A program made the position numbers and the translations under genes. A stretch of 64,000 nucleotides of DNA, taken from positions 1-64,000 of the forward strand of contig CBDHDG010000001.1 of assembly GCA_965261595.1 (NCBI GenBank), in the 5' to 3' direction. This document shows positions 1-10,679 of this stretch, piece by piece. The notes beneath the pieces are model-generated. The model saw only the letters and a list, made by a program, of their open reading frames with translations. It searched no databases and was not told the DNA's origin. Origin of the DNA: a bacterium (GTDB taxonomy: Bacteria; UBA8248; JACPRG01; G963555815). The number at the start of each line of letters is the position of its first letter. The stretch's first letter is position 1.

Positions 1-374
1 AGATCCTGTGGGAATGGAGAGAAGTCCTGGACAACGGCGTGGTCTTCCGGAACGCCCTCGTCATGAACGCCAAGTTCATCCAAGAGCATCCGGACCTGGC
101 CAAAAAGGTCGTCTGGGCGCACCTGGACTCCATGAACTTCATCCAGAAGAACCCGGAGACGGCCGCCAACATCATGCACCGCGAATCCCGCATCCCCCTG
201 AAGCCCGTGATTCTGGCACGGGACAAGTCGGGCCGGGATAAACGGAAGGTCCCTCTGGACTACATCCAGTCAGCCCTGGACGGCTACAAGAAGATCGGCT
301 GGCTGAAGAATGCGTTGCGGGCGGAAGACGTGGTGGACTACTCGATGCAGAAGGGGTACGCCTACAAGCCGTGA
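1..374 (+). CDS. ABC transporter substrate-binding protein, NitT/TauT family (3' part; starts before window)
   Basis: Open frame from window edge; C-terminal SsuA/TauA-like segment (FIQEHPDLAKKVV...NPETAANI); followed by ATPase and permease. Confidence 0.75.
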   Translation, partial: ILWEWREVLDNGVVFRNALVMNAKFIQEHPDLAKKVVWAHLDSMNFIQKNPETAANIMHRESRIPLKPVILARDKSGRDKRKVPLDYIQSALDGYKKIGWLKNALRAEDVVDYSMQKGYAYKP

Positions 375-399
375 AACCACCGAAAAGTCTTCCGCCGGA

Positions 400-1236
400 A
401 TGCCCGCGGTGAGCCGGAACGTCAAGATCCGTTTTGACCGGGTCTCAAAGGTCTTCCATACCGAGACCGGGAAAACGGAGGCCCTCCAGGGCATTAGGTT
501 GGACGTCGTCGACGGTGAATTCCTGTGCATCCTCGGACCCTCGGGCTGCGGGAAGACGACACTCCTTAATATCCTGGCGGGCCTTTTGAAATCGAGTGGG
601 GGAAGCACCCTCATCGACGGTCAGAGCGTGGAGGGGCCCGGGGATAACCGCGCCTACGTCTTCCAGGAGTACGCCCTGTTTCCCTGGATGACCGTGCTGG
701 ACAACGTGGCCTTCGGGATCGAATCCCGGGGCGTGCCCCGGGAGACGCGGCACCGGATCGCCCGGCAGATTCTCGAAACCATGGGACTGGGCGAGTTCAT
801 CGAGTCTCATCCCCATGCCATCTCGGGGGGGATGAAACAGCGCGTGTCCATCGCCCGCGCCCTGGCCGTCAACCCCGAAATCATCCTGATGGACGAGCCC
901 TTCGCCGCCCTGGACGCCCAGACCCGTTTCAACCTGCAGCAGGAGCTCCTCTCCATTTGGGAGGTCCTCAAGAAGACCGTCGTCTTCATCACGCACAACA
1001 TCGAGGAGGCGATGCTCCTCGCCGACCGGATCGCAGTCATGACCGCGCGCCCGGGGAGGATCAAGCAAGTGGTCGAGGTCGGCCTGCCGCGGCCCCGGGA
1101 CATTACAAGCCTCGACTATCTGAGCGTCATGAAAGAGGTGCAGCGCCTGATCTCGGAGGAGATCGAGGCCGCCCATCAGGACTACCAGGGCCTGGTCAAC
1201 ATCCTGGAGAGGACCGTAAGCGATCATGGTCGTTGA
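400..1236 (+). CDS. ABC transporter ATP-binding protein, NitT/TauT family
   Basis: Walker A GPSGCGKTT, signature ISGGMKQR, Walker B ILMDEPF, H-loop. Confidence 0.93.
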   Translation: MPAVSRNVKIRFDRVSKVFHTETGKTEALQGIRLDVVDGEFLCILGPSGCGKTTLLNILAGLLKSSGGSTLIDGQSVEGPGDNRAYVFQEYALFPWMTVLDNVAFGIESRGVPRETRHRIARQILETMGLGEFIESHPHAISGGMKQRVSIARALAVNPEIILMDEPFAALDAQTRFNLQQELLSIWEVLKKTVVFITHNIEEAMLLADRIAVMTARPGRIKQVVEVGLPRPRDITSLDYLSVMKEVQRLISEEIEAAHQDYQGLVNILERTVSDHGR

Positions 1237-2098
1237 GGAGAAGACGGCGGAACTTTCGGAGCTTCCTCCCCTGGAGGAGATCCGCGGACCGGCAACTCGG
1301 CGCGCGGGATTTCTCGGATGGCTGCTCTACTATTCCCCCGGCATCCTGTTCATCGCGGCCCTCATCGCCCTGTGGCATGCCCTGTGGCACTTTCAGGTCT
1401 TTGCGGAACAGTACATTTCCAACCCCGTCCAGGTCTTTTGGACATTTGTGGAGTTGATCCGAACGGACCACCCGGAGGTTCAGCTCTTCGGCAACGTGCT
1501 CGCCAGCCTGAAGGCGCAGGTCACGGGCTTTCTGCTGGGCGGGCTCGTGGGGATCCCATTGGGCATCCTCATCGGCTCGGCCGAGTTCGCACGCCGGCTC
1601 CTCATGCCGTTCATCCGGTTCATCTATCCCATTCCGGGCATCGCCTGGGTGCCTTTCGCCATCCTGTGGTTCGGCGCGGGCCAGAGCGCCACGGTGTTCG
1701 CCATATTCATCACGGCGATCTTCCCGATGCTGGTCAACACGATGGTGGGCGTGAGCAGCCTGGAGAACCAGTACGTCCGGGTGATGCAGGTCTTCGGCAC
1801 CCCGCGCTGGATGGCCTACCGGCGGGTGATCATCCCCGGCGCCTTCCCGTTCATCCTGGCGGGGATCCGGCTCGGGTACGGCGTGGGCTGGCGCGTCATC
1901 GTCGGGGCCGAGATGCTCTCGGCCATTGCGGGCCTGGGTTACCTCATCGACCGGGCGCGCTGGGCCTTCCTCGTCCATGAGGTGATCGTCGGGATCATCA
2001 CCATCGGCATCATCGGCCTGACGGTCGAGAGCGTCGTGTTCGACTTCCTGGAGCGCAAGACCCTCCGCCGTTGGGGGGTCGGGGCGCAGCAACTGTGA
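1226..2098 (+). CDS. ABC transporter permease, NitT/TauT family
   Basis: Multiple TM segments, PIPGIAWVP and GAEML...GLGYLI motifs; overlaps the ATPase stop. Confidence 0.92.
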   Translation: MVVEEKTAELSELPPLEEIRGPATRRAGFLGWLLYYSPGILFIAALIALWHALWHFQVFAEQYISNPVQVFWTFVELIRTDHPEVQLFGNVLASLKAQVTGFLLGGLVGIPLGILIGSAEFARRLLMPFIRFIYPIPGIAWVPFAILWFGAGQSATVFAIFITAIFPMLVNTMVGVSSLENQYVRVMQVFGTPRWMAYRRVIIPGAFPFILAGIRLGYGVGWRVIVGAEMLSAIAGLGYLIDRARWAFLVHEVIVGIITIGIIGLTVESVVFDFLERKTLRRWGVGAQQL

Positions 2099-2160
2099 GA
2101 ACGACCGATGACCCTGTTTGATCGGGTCTCAGACCCCATTCGCAGTCATGGACCCACCCA

Positions 2161-2693
2161 ATGAAGATCGCCGCATTCGAGTATGACGGGGAATGGAAGC
2201 TGGGGGCCGTGGAAGGCGGCCGCGTGGCGGACCTGGAGCGGGCCTACGCCCTGTACCTTCATGAAGTCCGCGGTGACGCCCAGGCGCTGGACGTGGCGCG
2301 CGTCCGAATACCCCGAGATCTCTTGACCTTCCTCCGGGGAGGCGAGCGGTCCATGGAAGCCGCCCGGCAAGGGCTGGAACACGTTTCCGGGAAGGAGGGG
2401 GAGGGGGTTATGGGGCTTCGAAACGGCGCCATCTGGCGCAGCCTCGCCGACATCCGTCTCCTGGCCCCGCTCAAGCCGGAGAGTGTCATCTGCGCCGGGC
2501 CCGAGCTGGACCCCGCCTCCGGGATGGACCTGGAGCCCCACCGCGAACTCTATCTCAAGTCGGCCCACACGTTGATCGGTCCGGGCGAGGCCGTCCTCCA
2601 CCAGCCGGGCGGAGCGGACAAGCTCCTCTGCGAGGTCGAACTGGGGGTCGTCATCGGCGGCGCCGGCCGGTTCCTCAGCCCGGCGGAGGCGGA
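2161..2693 (+). pseudogene. Truncated copy of FAH-family hydrolase (intact copy at 10680-11672), broken at an inversion junction
   Basis: Identical to reverse complement of 11140-11672; frame then runs into an inverted permease copy. Confidence 0.85.
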
Positions 2694-3789
2694 TGGCGAA
2701 AGGCACCCAGGCGATGCCCGGAATGGGATAGATGAACCGGATGAACGGCATGAGGAGCCGGCGTGCGAACTCGGCCGAGCCGATGAGGATGCCCAATGGG
2801 ATCCCCACGAGCCCGCCCAGCAGAAAGCCCGTGACCTGCGCCTTCAGGCTGGCGAGCACGTTGCCGAAGAGCTGAACCTCCGGGTGGTCCGTTCGGATCA
2901 ACTCCACAAATGTCCAAAAGACCTGGACGGGGTTGGAAATGTACTGTTCCGCAAAGACCTGAAAGTGCCACAGGGCATGCCACAGGGCGATGAGGGCCGC
3001 GATGAACAGGATGCCGGGGGAATAGTAGAGCAGCCATCCGAGAAATCCCGCGCGCCGAGTTGCCGGTCCGCGGATCTCCTCCAGGGGAGGAAGCTCCGAA
3101 AGTTCCGCCGTCTTCTCCTCAACGACCATGATCGCTTACGGTCCTCTCCAGGATGTTGACCAGGCCCTGGTAGTCCTGATGGGCGGCCTCGATCTCCTCC
3201 GAGATCAGGCGCTGCACCTCTTTCATGACGCTCAGATAGTCGAGGCTTGTAATGTCCCGGGGCCGCGGCAGGCCGACCTCGACCACTTGCTTGATCCTCC
3301 CCGGGCGCGCGGTCATGACTGCGATCCGGTCGGCGAGGAGCATCGCCTCCTCGATGTTGTGCGTGATGAAGACGACGGTCTTCTTGAGGACCTCCCAAAT
3401 GGAGAGGAGCTCCTGCTGCAGGTTGAAACGGGTCTGGGCGTCCAGGGCGGCGAAGGGCTCGTCCATCAGGATGATTTCGGGGTTGACGGCCAGGGCGCGG
3501 GCGATGGACACGCGCTGTTTCATCCCCCCCGAGATGGCATGGGGATGAGACTCGATGAACTCGCCCAGTCCCATGGTTTCGAGAATCTGCCGGGCGATCC
3601 GGTGCCGCGTCTCCCGGGGCACGCCCCGGGATTCGATCCCGAAGGCCACGTTGTCCAGCACGGTCATCCAGGGAAACAGGGCGTACTCCTGGAAGACGTA
3701 GGCGCGGTTATCCCCGGGCCCCTCCACGCTCTGACCGTCGATGAGGGTGCTTCCCCCACTCGATTTCAAAAGGCCCGCCAGGATATTAA
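2691..3789 (-). repeat. Inverted duplication of 566-1664 (1099 bp); carries a 5'-truncated ATPase (3119-3789) and a 3'-truncated permease (2691-3129)
   Basis: Translations identical to the plus-strand copies; coordinate sum 4355 holds at both ends; GGA microhomology at 2691-2693. Confidence 0.93.
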
Positions 3790-3931
3790 CCCGGTTTACC
3801 CGTCCGGAAAGACGGTCGTTGCGCGCATCCGTCACATTCAGCCGAACAAGGCGGCCGCTGCGATCTCTGGGGCAAGCAGAGCACGAGACCAATCGATTCG
3901 TGAGAAATTCAGGTTAGGCGTCGGAGACGCC

Positions 3932-4867
3932 TCAAAGTGTCGGCGCGAACATCGCCGCTTTGAGGACGCAATACTTGGAGTAGAAGTTCCCAAGCTGGAC
4001 CAGCACCCCCGCACTGATCAGGAGCGCCGCGCGGAGAGCGGGGTCACCGGCGGAAAACGCGCCCAGACTCATCCCCAAAGGAACAATGGTTCCGATCACT
4101 AGGCATCCAAATAGAAAAGAAGGAGCGATTTTGCCATGAAACAGCCGTTGGACCGAAAGCCGGGCGGTCTCACCGCGGTTCCACGCTTCCATGAGATGGG
4201 CAAGGATCAGCAGCAAGCAGATTGCCAACAGACCCACCTGCACCCAAGTCCAAACCGGCGCCGCGGGTAAAAAATCTCCTCCGATCGAGGAGAGCAGCAA
4301 AACCACGCCCAGGGCGCTCGCCGCCGCGTAAACAAGATATTGCAACGGGATCAACATGGTCGTCCACAGAGGAATGCCCGGACATTTGCCCAGCACCAAC
4401 CCGGGATAGACAATCACGACGAAGGCGGCGGCCCCGGCAATCGCCTGCATCACCGCCTCCGCCCAGAAGACGTCCGCCCAGGGCATCCAGCCAAAAGGCC
4501 GCACGCCCCCGATATTGAGGTCCGGAAGGATGTAAAGACCGTCGAAGGCGACGAAGACAAAGTCGCAAATCGCGCCCACCGAGATCCAGGAGGATTTGGG
4601 ATTCATCAGGGCCCGCAAGAACCGAAGGGGCTTCCCCAGATCCACGATGAGGATCAGGCCGCCCACCCCGATGAACAACTGACTGAGGACGTGGGACAGA
4701 CTGAGACCCAGGATCGACCCCACCTCGACGCCGAAGGCGACCCGAAGAAGATAGAGCGCCCCTCCCACACCCATGGCGTAGAACCACAGGGCATGATTGA
4801 GCCCCCAGACCGTCTGGGGCTTGGGCTCCATCAAAAAGCGGACAGTGAATGGATTTCCGGTCCTCAA
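3932..4867 (-). CDS. NrfD/PsrC-family membrane anchor subunit (PadD-like)
   Basis: About 8 TM helices; DLGKPLRFLRALMNPKSSWISVG motif typical of NrfD family. Confidence 0.85.
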   Translation of the reverse strand: MRTGNPFTVRFLMEPKPQTVWGLNHALWFYAMGVGGALYLLRVAFGVEVGSILGLSLSHVLSQLFIGVGGLILIVDLGKPLRFLRALMNPKSSWISVGAICDFVFVAFDGLYILPDLNIGGVRPFGWMPWADVFWAEAVMQAIAGAAAFVVIVYPGLVLGKCPGIPLWTTMLIPLQYLVYAAASALGVVLLLSSIGGDFLPAAPVWTWVQVGLLAICLLLILAHLMEAWNRGETARLSVQRLFHGKIAPSFLFGCLVIGTIVPLGMSLGAFSAGDPALRAALLISAGVLVQLGNFYSKYCVLKAAMFAPTL

Positions 4868-4889
4868 AGTTCGATTTCCTGAAGCGAGT

Positions 4890-5495
4890 TTACCGCACGT
4901 AGTAGACGGAAGGTTTGGTGCCGTACTCCTCTCGCGGTTGCTGGGCGTTTCTGTTCCGGACCCGTTGAGAGACTTCGCTTTGGGGATCGTCGAGGTCTCC
5001 GAAGAACCGGCACTTGGCGGGGCAGGTCTCCACGCAAGCGGGTTCGTACACTCCTTGATCGATCCGGTGGGCGCAGAACGTGCACTTTTGAACCGTACCG
5101 GTCTCCCATTGGGCGAAGTTCATTTTTTCCAGAGGCGTCAGCTCCCCGCCGAACTCGCTCTCTTCCGTTTCGAGGAAGTGCATGGCCCCGTACGGGCAGG
5201 CCGCCACGCAGGCCTGGCTCCCGCAACAAACCTCTTCGTTCACCATCACGATCCCGTCTTCCCGCTTGAAGATGGCGCCCGTTGGGCAGGCATTCAGGCA
5301 AGGCGCGTCCTCGCAATGATTGCACAGGGTGGGGATGAACATGCGCTTGACGTTGGGATAGCGCCCCACCTCCTTCTCATAGACGGGGGCGTACCAAATC
5401 CCGGGGGGCGTCCCGTTTTCCGCCTTGCAAGCCATGGTGCAGGCGTCACAACCCACACAGAGACCCAGATCGATGACCATTCCCCAGCGTGGCAT
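4890..5495 (-). CDS. 4Fe-4S ferredoxin subunit of molybdoenzyme (NrfC/DmsB/PadC-like)
   Basis: CVGCDACTMAC, CNHCEDAPC..CP, CCGSQAC..CP and KCTFC..CVETCP clusters. Confidence 0.93.
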   Translation of the reverse strand: MPRWGMVIDLGLCVGCDACTMACKAENGTPPGIWYAPVYEKEVGRYPNVKRMFIPTLCNHCEDAPCLNACPTGAIFKREDGIVMVNEEVCCGSQACVAACPYGAMHFLETEESEFGGELTPLEKMNFAQWETGTVQKCTFCAHRIDQGVYEPACVETCPAKCRFFGDLDDPQSEVSQRVRNRNAQQPREEYGTKPSVYYVR

Positions 5496-5537
5496 AGAAT
5501 TCTCTCCCCTCTCCTCCCCCTCGGTCTCGAGGGCCGA

Positions 5538-8114
5538 TCACTCCGCCGGCGCGACCTTCACCTTGACGCAGGCGTCCAGCGCGGCCGAGACCGTGTCGAT
5601 TTGATCGAAGGAATACTTCAGCAGGCTGTTGAAGTGGACCCCCTTGCCGTGGGACCGCTTGTTCCTTGTGGCCCAGCGTCCGAGGATGCCGGGAACGGAG
5701 ATGACCTGCGGGTGAACCCCCTCGGTGACGCGGAGGACGGCAGACTGTTTGCGCCCGGAGAAGGTCTCCAGATTGACCTGCTGTCCGTCCCGAAGCCCTT
5801 TGCGGCGCGCCGTCTCCGGGTGGATCCCCACGTTGTAGATTTTGGCTTTTCGGTCGGCCAGGTCGTTCAGCCACCCGTTCTCCGCGGTGAAGGTAAAGGT
5901 GAGGAAGGGCACCTTGTGGTTCACCACGAAGAGGTCATATCCGGGCTCGTTCTGCTCGTAGGCGGGGCAGGGGCGCCATTGAACCAGCGGCACGTAGTCC
6001 GAGGTGTCCCACGGGATTCCCCGGGATTCCGTGAACTGCTTCACGTCCTCGCCCGCTTCCAAAAAATACTCCAGGTAAAATGGGATGCGTCCCTTGTGGA
6101 AGATCCTCGGGTAGCTCTCCCGGACCGTCCGCCGGTAAAGGTCCACGTACCCGTGTTTCTGGAAATACTCCAGGTCGTGCTCCTCCCCGCACCTGGCCTT
6201 CGCGGTGATGTCGGCCACCTCCTCCCACGTGTACGTCTTGGACGGGTCCAGACGATGAGGCTCCTCCAGCTGGGCGACGGCGTTGTAGGCCGAGTAGATG
6301 TCCCCCTGAATGCCCATTCGCTCGGCGATCTCCCAAAGCACCTGAACCCAGTACCGCGACTCCCCTTGAGGCTCCACCACGGGCTGCTGACAGCTGAAGG
6401 TCCACGCCTCCCCGGGCGACGGCACGTGGCGGTATTGCTTGAAGGGGTTGTGGGCGAGGGGGGAGAGGCGCTCCAGGAAGTGGGAGTCCGGTAGGATGAT
6501 GTCCGCGAACTCCGAGGTCTCATTGTGGTGGTCGGCAAAGGAGAAGAAGAACGGGATGCGCTTCACGGCTTCGGCCATGAGCTCGGGGTCCGCCGCCGTC
6601 GACAGGATGTTCGTCCGGCATTGGACCATCACCTTCGCCTCATAAGGAACCTTGTACTTCTCCCGGTCCAACACCCCCAAGAACATCATCACCCGCGCGT
6701 ACACAGCCAACGGAAACAACTCGATCAACTCCAGCGTCTGCGGCTCCTTGACCTTCGCCGGCGGCACGACCGCCTTCATATGCCGCGTGAAGGGATTCGT
6801 GGTCCCGATGAGCCCGTCTATCCCCTCCTCGGGAAACCAGAACGGCCCCGCCGCCGCCGAGTTCAATAGACCCCCCGGTACGTCCACCGCCCCCACCAGG
6901 ACGTTCAAAAAGGCCAGCGTCATCCCGTTCAGCATCCCGTGCTTGTGGCCGGATACACCCCGGTACCACGTGGCAACGACCGGCCGATAAGGCAGGGTTT
7001 CCCCGTCAATCTCGATCGTCGATCCAATCTGCGCATTTTCGCCGAAGTCCTTCGCCAAACGCCGCGTCGTCGCCGCCGGAACCGTGGTGATCTCCTCGAC
7101 CCGCTCCGGCGTATACTGGAGGACGTGCTCCTTGAAGATCTGAAAGGCGGGACGCGCTGCTATCCCCGAAACCTCGTATTCCCCCTCCAGGGCGCACTTG
7201 AGAGAATCCGGCTCGTCATAGGGACGCGCCGCTTTCTCCTCGGCCTCCCACACCAACGGCTTGCCGCTGTCGGAGTCGCGTACGTACCGGCCGTCGGGCC
7301 CAATCAGGTAGATGAGGTTCGTGTAGCTCTTCAAATAGTCCGCGTCATAAACCCCCATCTCATGAATGAGCACATACATCATCCCCAGTGCCAGGGCCGC
7401 GTCCGTGCCGGGCAGGATGGGAACCCACTCCTCCGCCTGCGAGGCGGGGTAGGACAGCATCGGGTCCACCACGACCATCTTCATCCCGTGCTCACGGGCA
7501 TGGGACATCTCCTGGGCGATGCCCATGGCGTTGATCTGGGCCACAAAGCCATAGTACGTCCCGAACTGAATCATGTACTTGCAGCGCCCCACGTCCGGGT
7601 GAACGTCGTTGGAGCCGGTCACCGCGTATGAGACCGGGTGAACCCCGTTTCCGCAGAAAAAGGAGGCGGACGGGGCCGAGTTGTTGGGACTGCCGAAGCC
7701 GCTGATGAAGGACAGGAAGAATGGCTGGGCGTTGCCGTCGAAGCTTGCCCCGTAGAGACCCCTCGGGTCCTCTTCCCGGACTTTCTTCAACTTCTCGCAG
7801 ATGATGTCCAGGGCCTCGTCCCAGCTGATCCGCTCCCAGCCCGGGTCTATCCCAAAGCCCTTCTCCGGATTGGTGCGACGAAGGGGGTGGAGAATCCGGT
7901 TTGGATTGTAGAGGTTCATGGGGGAGGCGTTGCCTTTGGCGCAAATCTTCCCATAATTGGGCCCCGCTTCGGGGATCCCCTCCACCTTCATCACCACCCC
8001 GTCCTTGCGGCGGACGTTAATCGTGCAGGCGTTGAAACACATGTCACAAACGGAGGGGACCCAGATGTCCTCTCCAGGTGTGACCGGTGGAGCCCCAACC
8101 CGATAAGCCGCCAT
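5538..8114 (-). CDS. Molybdopterin oxidoreductase catalytic subunit, DMSO reductase family, resembling phenylacetyl-CoA:acceptor oxidoreductase PadB
   Basis: N-terminal CDMCxxxC...CAKG Fe-S motif, PLRRTNPEKG..DPGWERISWDEAL, FADIILP, C-terminal MGD-binding domain; no Tat leader. Confidence 0.85.
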   Translation of the reverse strand: MAAYRVGAPPVTPGEDIWVPSVCDMCFNACTINVRRKDGVVMKVEGIPEAGPNYGKICAKGNASPMNLYNPNRILHPLRRTNPEKGFGIDPGWERISWDEALDIICEKLKKVREEDPRGLYGASFDGNAQPFFLSFISGFGSPNNSAPSASFFCGNGVHPVSYAVTGSNDVHPDVGRCKYMIQFGTYYGFVAQINAMGIAQEMSHAREHGMKMVVVDPMLSYPASQAEEWVPILPGTDAALALGMMYVLIHEMGVYDADYLKSYTNLIYLIGPDGRYVRDSDSGKPLVWEAEEKAARPYDEPDSLKCALEGEYEVSGIAARPAFQIFKEHVLQYTPERVEEITTVPAATTRRLAKDFGENAQIGSTIEIDGETLPYRPVVATWYRGVSGHKHGMLNGMTLAFLNVLVGAVDVPGGLLNSAAAGPFWFPEEGIDGLIGTTNPFTRHMKAVVPPAKVKEPQTLELIELFPLAVYARVMMFLGVLDREKYKVPYEAKVMVQCRTNILSTAADPELMAEAVKRIPFFFSFADHHNETSEFADIILPDSHFLERLSPLAHNPFKQYRHVPSPGEAWTFSCQQPVVEPQGESRYWVQVLWEIAERMGIQGDIYSAYNAVAQLEEPHRLDPSKTYTWEEVADITAKARCGEEHDLEYFQKHGYVDLYRRTVRESYPRIFHKGRIPFYLEYFLEAGEDVKQFTESRGIPWDTSDYVPLVQWRPCPAYEQNEPGYDLFVVNHKVPFLTFTFTAENGWLNDLADRKAKIYNVGIHPETARRKGLRDGQQVNLETFSGRKQSAVLRVTEGVHPQVISVPGILGRWATRNKRSHGKGVHFNSLLKYSFDQIDTVSAALDACVKVKVAPAE

Positions 8115-8182
8115 TCTCCCACCTCCATTGAAATCAGTTCGGGATCACCGCTTGAGCCCAAAACCGTCGGCGCTTGTCCGTG

Positions 8183-8536
8183 TCACTGCGAGCCTCCCAT
8201 CGGTGGAGGCCCCAAAACCACGATCTCGACTTCCGTCTCCCCCTCTTCGCAAAGCCGCATGTCAAGACCGCCGCGACTCATCGGGTTCAGGCCGTCCACC
8301 ATGAGGTTGGCCGTGGGCATAATCTCCCCTACCTGCGTAAAGAGCCGTTCGCGAAGCTCAGGACCATTCAGCGAGATGAGACGCTCCAGAAGGTCCCTCA
8401 AAGTGATGCCCGCGGGAACCTCTAGTTCTTCTTCGCGACGGCCGAGCAGCCGCCGGATCATCCCCACATAGGCCAGTTTAACCTTGATCCGACCCTCTTG
8501 GCTATCGACCGCTCCACCCCCTTGTTCCGCCCTCAC
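8183..8536 (-). CDS. MoaD/ThiS-family ubiquitin-like sulfur carrier (start uncertain)
   Basis: Beta-grasp pattern IKVKL..G..R.LG...TLRDLL..L and C-terminal PPMGG(SQ); directly upstream of the Mo enzyme. Confidence 0.75.
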   Translation of the reverse strand: MRAEQGGGAVDSQEGRIKVKLAYVGMIRRLLGRREEELEVPAGITLRDLLERLISLNGPELRERLFTQVGEIMPTANLMVDGLNPMSRGGLDMRLCEEGETEVEIVVLGPPPMGGSQ

Positions 8537-8737
8537 TCCCCCCCGAAACAACTCCATTGGTTATTTTATGCTATTTTGTGTCAATCAACAATGACGGAGT
8601 CGAACCCGGACCGACTATGGTAGTATCGAGAAAGGAAAGTCATTTGTTGGAAATCGTGCCGCGTAGAATCCCGTCGAGCTTTTCGTTCCTGATCCTTGGA
8701 CAAACTTGAAGGTCGTGTGCCACGGCCCATAGGGTGA

Positions 8738-9349
8738 ATGGGTGAGTTGACTGAAGAGACCGGGAAGACCCAAGACCGCTCGACGGACCCGCCTCCTCTT
8801 CGCTCGGTGCCCCAAGAGCGACTGGCAGAAATTCTCGAGGCCCACCGGCGGCAGATGGCATCGGACGGAAGAGAGGGCGAGCTCGCCGATCTTCAGGGGG
8901 CCGATCTCCGGGGAGTCGACCTGAGCGGCGCGGACCTGCGGCGGGCCAATTTCCGCGGGTCCGATCTTCGGAACGGAAATCTTCGGGGGGCCAACCTTCA
9001 AGAGACGAATTTTTGGAAGGGCAATCTTCAAGGCGCCGACCTTCAAGAGGCCGACCTCCAGGCCGCCGTTCTCATGCATGTTTCCTTGCAGCGGGCCAAC
9101 CTCCGGCGGGCCAACCTCGAGGGGACCCACTTGCAGATGGCGGATCTCTCACAGGCCGACCTCAAGGGGGCGATCCTTGTGGAAACCCACTTGGAAGGGG
9201 CCAATCTCGAAGAAGCCAAATTTCAGGGGGCCAATCTTCAGGGGGCGTGTCTTCAGCTGGCGAACCTCACGGGGGCAAGCGGCCTCACCCCTGAACAGAT
9301 CAAGTCCGCAGTCACCGATGAGAACACCCGTCTCCCGGCCGGCCGATAA
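8738..9349 (+). CDS. Pentapeptide repeat protein
   Basis: Over 20 A(D/N)Lxx repeats. Confidence 0.92.
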   Translation: MGELTEETGKTQDRSTDPPPLRSVPQERLAEILEAHRRQMASDGREGELADLQGADLRGVDLSGADLRRANFRGSDLRNGNLRGANLQETNFWKGNLQGADLQEADLQAAVLMHVSLQRANLRRANLEGTHLQMADLSQADLKGAILVETHLEGANLEEAKFQGANLQGACLQLANLTGASGLTPEQIKSAVTDENTRLPAGR

Positions 9350-9635
9350 GCCGGGTGTTCTCACGAGTCAAGAGGACAAAGCCGGTTTTTCCGGATATCT
9401 CGCCGACCCCTTGTTTTTCTATCGTACGCGTGTTTTGCCGGGGAGAGATCCCGGGGAGCGGTGTAGCGCGGGGGGTTCATCCCCCGCCAAGACACGGGAT
9501 CAGGGAAAAAACACGCAGGCGGAGGCTGAGGGTCAACCGACCCGCGCTACACCGTTTTCCGCGATGGGTTGGACCCGCGATCGGACATCGACCCCTCGCC
9601 GCCTCATGCGTTGATTGGGCGGTGAGAAATCCGGG

Positions 9636-10676
9636 TCAGCCGCCCATCGGATTTTCAAGGACGCCGATCTTCTCGATCTCGCAGCGGATGATGTCCCCGG
9701 ACCGGAGGTAGCGGCCGCGCTGGACGCCGTCCTTGCGCTCATAGGGGTCCGCGCCCAGCTCGGTGTCCGACCCCAGGGCCGGGCCGCCGGGCGTGCCGCT
9801 GGCGATGAGCATCCCGGGCTGAAGGGTGAGAAAGGTCGAGTAGTAGGTGACCAGCTCGGGAACGCCCCACAGCAGATTTCGGGTGTTGTTGTTCTGCCGC
9901 AGCTCGCCGCTGATCGTCGTTTTGAGGTCCAGGTTCGTCGGATCGGGGATCTCGTCCTTTGTCACGATCCAAGGCCCGACGGGTCCGCCGGTGTCGTAGT
10001 TTTTGCCTTCGCCGAAGCGGGTCTGAAATCCGCCCTGGGCCGTTTCCGTCTCTACAAAGCGGTTCTTGCCCCCCCAGGGGATGATCTGCCGGTCTCGAGC
10101 GGAGATGTCGTTGAAAATGGTGTAGCCGAAAATGTGGTCGTAGATCCGCTCCCGGGAGATGCGCTTTCCCGCCTTGCCGATTACGATGCCCAGCTCGACC
10201 TCGTAGTCATACTTCCGGCTCACCCTCTCCTCGGCCAGGACGGTTTCTCCCGGCCCCACGACGGTGTGCGGGGATTTCAGGAAGAACTCCACGTGGTCCG
10301 GCCTCTCCCGCCGGGTCTCGTCCAGGTGGTCATCGAAGTTGGCCCCGCCGCAGATGATGATTCCGGGTCGGAGGGGGGCCTTCAGCCTCACCGAGGAAAG
10401 CGGGGGCGCCTCGAAATCCCCGGTTGGGATCGCCTTTTCCGCCCACTCAAGTCCCCGGCGCGCCGCGTCCCACGCCGCCTCGCCCCCTTCGATGAACCGG
10501 ACCATGTCGAATGGAATGCGGGCGGCCGCCATTTCGCAGGCCATGGGGTCCGACTCCGCATCGGACAGATGCCCGGCATAAGCCGCCTAGAGGTTCACGA
10601 CGCGCGTGCCTTCGCCCTCCCCGATGAGGGCGCCGATTGCTTGATGGGCTTGATGGACGTACGTGACCAGCCGCAT
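9636..10676 (-). CDS. Fumarylacetoacetate hydrolase family protein with in-frame TAG at codon 30 (pseudogene, sequencing error or readthrough)
   Basis: MRLVTY start at 10676 immediately after the upstream gene; TAG at 10587-10589; DYEVEL, NDISARD, GKNYDT and GTPGG motifs. Confidence 0.82.
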
Positions 10677-10679
10677 GGA

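Noticed and set aside
2146..3892. Apparent novel fusion proteins (FAH-antisense 2161-3159, permease 2146-3129, ATPase 3119-3892)
   Set aside because: All are read-through products across inversion junctions of duplicated DNA, not evolved fusions.
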